Positions 1 to 1,013 of a stretch of DNA of 1,013 nt are shown here, piece by piece; position 1 is the stretch's first letter, and each line of letters opens with the position of its first letter. A program made the translations under genes and the position numbers. Origin of the DNA: Naegleria gruberi (Eukaryota); the NCBI GenBank assembly GCA_000004985.1, contig GG739618.1; one strand, 5' to 3'. The notes beneath the pieces were generated by a model. It worked only from the letters and a program-made list of their open reading frames with translations. It was not told the origin of the DNA and searched no databases.

Positions 1-43
1 GTGAAAACGTAGCTACGCGATACATTCATTGATTATGCAATTA

Positions 44-77
44 CGGAACCGTCTGAATCGCAGCCGTTCGGGAGTTG
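44..77 (+). repeat. 34-bp direct repeat, copy A (CGGAACCGTCTGAATCGCAGCCGTTCGGGAGTTG)
   Basis: Read directly. It matches 342-375 at 33 of 34 positions; the only difference is C49 versus T347. It contains the GGAACC, CTGAATCGCA and GTTCGGG sub-motifs. The flanks on both sides are unrelated. Confidence 0.9.
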
Positions 78-152
78 GGTACCTCAAAAAATTGATATTA
101 TTATATATCATTGTATAGTCAAATAACTATTATATCAAAAATGGCTAGAACC

Positions 153-169
153 CAGCCGTTCAAAAGTTG
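153..169 (+). repeat. Degenerate partial copy of the 3' half of the 34-bp repeat (CAGCCGTTC-AAA-AGTTG versus CAGCCGTTC-GGG-AGTTG)
   Basis: CAGCCGTTC at 153-161 and AGTTG at 165-169 keep the same spacing as 61-69 and 73-77 in copy A. The central GGG is replaced by AAA. About 14 of 19 positions match. Confidence 0.4.
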
Positions 170-180
170 ACAATGATTTT

Positions 181-212
181 TATGAATATATATCTATCTA
201 TTATCTATATAA
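181..212. repeat. TA/TATC-rich, low-complexity, microsatellite-like tract (TATGAATATATATCTATCTATTATCTATATAA)
   Basis: Read directly. There are imperfect TATC, TATCTA and TA repeats. A similar AT-only stretch lies at 97-140. Confidence 0.6.
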
Positions 213-252
213 CCTTTTGTAAAGATTTTATTTTATAGAAATTGATTTTTGA

Positions 253-279
253 GCATGTTTCAAAAACCCAAAAACATGC
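253..279. other. Hairpin-capable inverted repeat: GCATGTTT (253-260) and AAACATGC (272-279), perfect 8-bp stem, 11-nt loop
   Basis: The arms are exact reverse complements. The loop is CAAAAACCCAA. Function is unknown; an 8-bp stem in AT-rich DNA is only marginally above chance. Confidence 0.5.
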
Positions 280-341
280 ACTTCGGGTCTCTGACTTCAT
301 GGTTGTCTATTTTCGGAACTGTTGAGAAGTAGTTCGTACAT

Positions 342-375
342 CGGAATCGTCTGAATCGCAGCCGTTCGGGAGTTG
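342..375 (+). repeat. 34-bp direct repeat, copy B (CGGAATCGTCTGAATCGCAGCCGTTCGGGAGTTG)
   Basis: Read directly. It lies 298 bp downstream of copy A and is 33/34 identical to it. Its left half (348-360) is also the left arm of an inverted repeat whose right arm is 393-405. Confidence 0.9.
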
Positions 376-405
376 TCATTTACTTCGTAACTTGCGATTC
401 AGGCG
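348..405. repeat. Imperfect inverted repeat and potential stem-loop: arms CGTCTGAATCGCA (348-360) and TGCGATTCAGGCG (393-405), 32-nt spacer
   Basis: The reverse complement of 393-405 is CGCCTGAATCGCA, which matches 348-360 at 12 of 13 positions. The arms 351-360 and 393-402 are a perfect 10-bp match. So the CTGAATCGCA core occurs in both orientations within 60 bp. Confidence 0.75.
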
Positions 406-538
406 AAAATAAATATCAAAATATGACACAACAGGGGTATTCATTTTTCACGACTTTTTTAGGGTGACTTATGGACCTGTTGTGTCATATAAACAATTTC
501 GTATTTTTTTTAGGAGGCCTGGAAAAAATTTTGGAACC

Positions 539-561
539 AAAAAAAAAGAAAAAAAGAAAAA
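539..561 (+). repeat. A-rich tract A9-G-A7-G-A5
   Basis: Read directly. It produces the KKKKKRK run in the 471..692 ORF. Confidence 0.9.
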
Positions 562-640
562 TAATTATCGGATTGACTATAAACTCGAGGGGCCCAGGAA
601 CTAGCAATATTTTATTTTCCCGAAATTCGCAAGTAAAATT

Positions 641-650
641 TTCGATCGAA
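641..650. repeat. 10-bp perfect palindrome TTCGATCGAA
   Basis: It is self-reverse-complementary. It sits 5 bp downstream of AATTCGCAAGT (624-634), which is a degenerate copy of the AATCGCAAGT core. A second CpG palindrome, GCGATCGC, lies at 938-945. Confidence 0.8.
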
Positions 651-670
651 GGTTTTGCACTAATATTATT

Positions 671-719
671 TATTTACAATAAACTGGATTAAGAGAATCC
701 TCTGAATCGAAAGTCGGGG
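671..719 (+). repeat. Diverged direct repeat, copy C (…AAACTGGATTAAGAGAATCCTCTGAATCGAAAGTCGGGG)
   Basis: An ungapped alignment to 891-939 gives about 37 of 49 matches. The 681-719 versus 901-939 portion matches at 30 of 39. It shares an AACTGGATTAA block, a GAATC/GGATC element, the CTGAATCGAAAG core (compare CTGAATCGCAAG) and GTCGGGG (compare GTTCGGG in copies A and B). Confidence 0.6.
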
Positions 720-734
720 TGAGAGAAAAATTTC

Positions 735-749
735 GGGGGAAAAAAAAAA
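735..749 (+). repeat. Homopolymer pair G5 then A10
   Basis: Read directly (GGGGGAAAAAAAAAA). It produces the GKKK run in the 719..925 ORF. It directly follows a TTCGGG motif. Confidence 0.9.
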
Positions 750-780
750 TTTCAAAAGTATGGTTGTGTTATCAATATAA

Positions 781-795
781 CCCGACACTGTCGGG
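781..795. repeat. 15-bp perfect palindrome CCCGACA-C-TGTCGGG
   Basis: CCCGACA (781-787) and TGTCGGG (789-795) are exact reverse complements around a single central C. It is GC-rich, sits in an AT-rich context, and is flanked by AAC on both sides. The half-site GTCGGG is the same element seen at 713-719 and, as GTTCGGG, in copies A and B. Confidence 0.85.
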
Positions 796-890
796 AACTA
801 ATACAGCCCTACTTTTGCTTCAATCGCAGTATTTAACTTTTCGGAGGTGGTCATTTTTTAAATATCCAATTAAATTTGAGTATTCGGTAT

Positions 891-939
891 TAATTGTAAT
901 GAACTGGATTAACAGGATCGTTTAAATCGCAAGTCGCGA
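891..939 (+). repeat. Diverged direct repeat, copy D (…GAACTGGATTAACAGGATCGTTTAAATCGCAAGTCGCGA)
   Basis: It lies 220 bp downstream of copy C and is about 76% identical to it without gaps. It contains AATCGCAAGT, which is identical to the reverse complement of 389-398. It ends in a GCGATCGC palindrome at 938-945. Confidence 0.6.
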
Positions 940-1013
940 TCGCCGATTTTTGTTCCTTTCATCAAACAAAGAAAATGTATAGTCGGTTTACTATATAATA
1001 TCCTTTATGAAGT

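Noticed and set aside
205-214. TATA-box-like strings (CTATATAACC at 205-214, TATATAA at 993-999) and AATAAA hexamers (408-413, 678-683)
   Set aside because: Such strings are expected many times by chance in roughly 66% A+T sequence. There is no accompanying initiator or downstream element and no ORF or exon for them to serve. I do not call a promoter or poly(A) signal.
300-420. Possible tRNA or tRNA-derived SINE head in the region of copy B
   Set aside because: I looked for A-box (TRGCNNAGTGG) and B-box (GGTTCGANNCC) consensus and for a cloverleaf, and found none. GTTCGGG is only a superficial resemblance to a B-box.
584-595. Adjacent XhoI (CTCGAG) and ApaI (GGGCCC) sites, plus a KpnI site (GGTACC) at 78-83, reminiscent of a cloning-vector polylinker
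   Set aside because: The order and flanking bases do not match the pBluescript or pUC polylinkers that I can recall, and the surrounding sequence is not vector-like. Three 6-bp sites in 1 kb is within chance. It would only be worth a vector-screen (UniVec) check if the contamination question matters.
615-650. STAT-like sites TTCCCGAA (617-624) and TTCGATCGAA (641-650, which fits TTC-N4-GAA)
   Set aside because: TTCCCGAA has only a 2-bp spacer, which is not canonical. TTC…GAA palindromes arise easily in AT-rich DNA. Without knowing the organism, assigning a specific factor would be invention. I kept this only as a generic palindrome observation.
471-692. Six-frame ORF, 73 aa (MDLLCHINNFVFFLGGLEKILEPKKKKKRKIIIG…)
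   Set aside because: It is low-complexity. The KKKKKRK run is simply the A9GA7GA5 tract read in frame. The start context is weak. Its last codons (NKLD-stop) lie inside repeat copy C. The homologous AACTGGATTAA block in copy D is read in a different frame by the other ORF, so the repeat is not conserved as coding sequence. I recognise no domain or motif, and I treat it as a chance ORF in AT-rich non-coding DNA.
719-925. Six-frame ORF, 68 aa, starting at GTG (MREKFRGKKKISKVW…NWINRIV)
   Set aside because: It has a GTG start and no ATG. The K-rich N-terminus comes from the G5A10 tract. There is no recognisable ribosome-binding site. It terminates inside repeat copy D. With no other genes and a eukaryote-like texture, a GTG-initiated 68-aa protein is not supportable.
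44-939. CRISPR-like array (repeats separated by unique spacers)
   Set aside because: The repeat copies are not uniform. A and B are nearly identical, but C and D are diverged. The spacers are irregular at 298, 353 and 220 bp and far longer than CRISPR spacers. One copy is inverted. The sequence texture is eukaryote-like. So this is not a CRISPR array.

Overview
This is a 1,013-bp AT-rich window (about 34% G+C by hand count) with no convincing protein-coding gene, rRNA, tRNA or CRISPR array. Homopolymer A runs (A9GA7GA5 at 539-561 and G5A10 at 735-749) and a TA/TATC-rich stretch give it the texture of eukaryotic, possibly insect-like, intergenic or intronic DNA. I cannot assign an organism, and an AT-rich endosymbiont or phage is not excluded. 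Both six-frame ORFs (471..692 and 719..925) are low-complexity and lysine-rich because they read through the A tracts. Each ends inside a copy of a repeated element, read in a different frame in the two copies, so I treat them as spurious. The window's real content is a family of short CpG-containing motifs, with core elements GGAACY, CTGAATCGCAAG, and TTCGGG or GTCGGG, scattered through AT-rich spacer. There is a near-identical 34-bp direct repeat at 44-77 and 342-375. There is an inverted partial copy at 393-405 that can pair with the second copy to form a hairpin. There are two diverged copies of about 49 bp at 671-719 and 891-939, partial copies at 153-169 and 821-830, and a 15-bp perfect palindrome built from two inverted TCGGG half-sites at 781-795. 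CpG is not depleted (rough observed/expected about 1.5). The most economical readings are that this is the subterminal-repeat region of a non-autonomous DNA transposon or MITE-like element, or a homotypic cluster of transcription-factor or insulator binding sites. I cannot tell these apart without a genome-wide copy-number or database search. Everything here is read by eye, and coordinates of degenerate copies are approximate.
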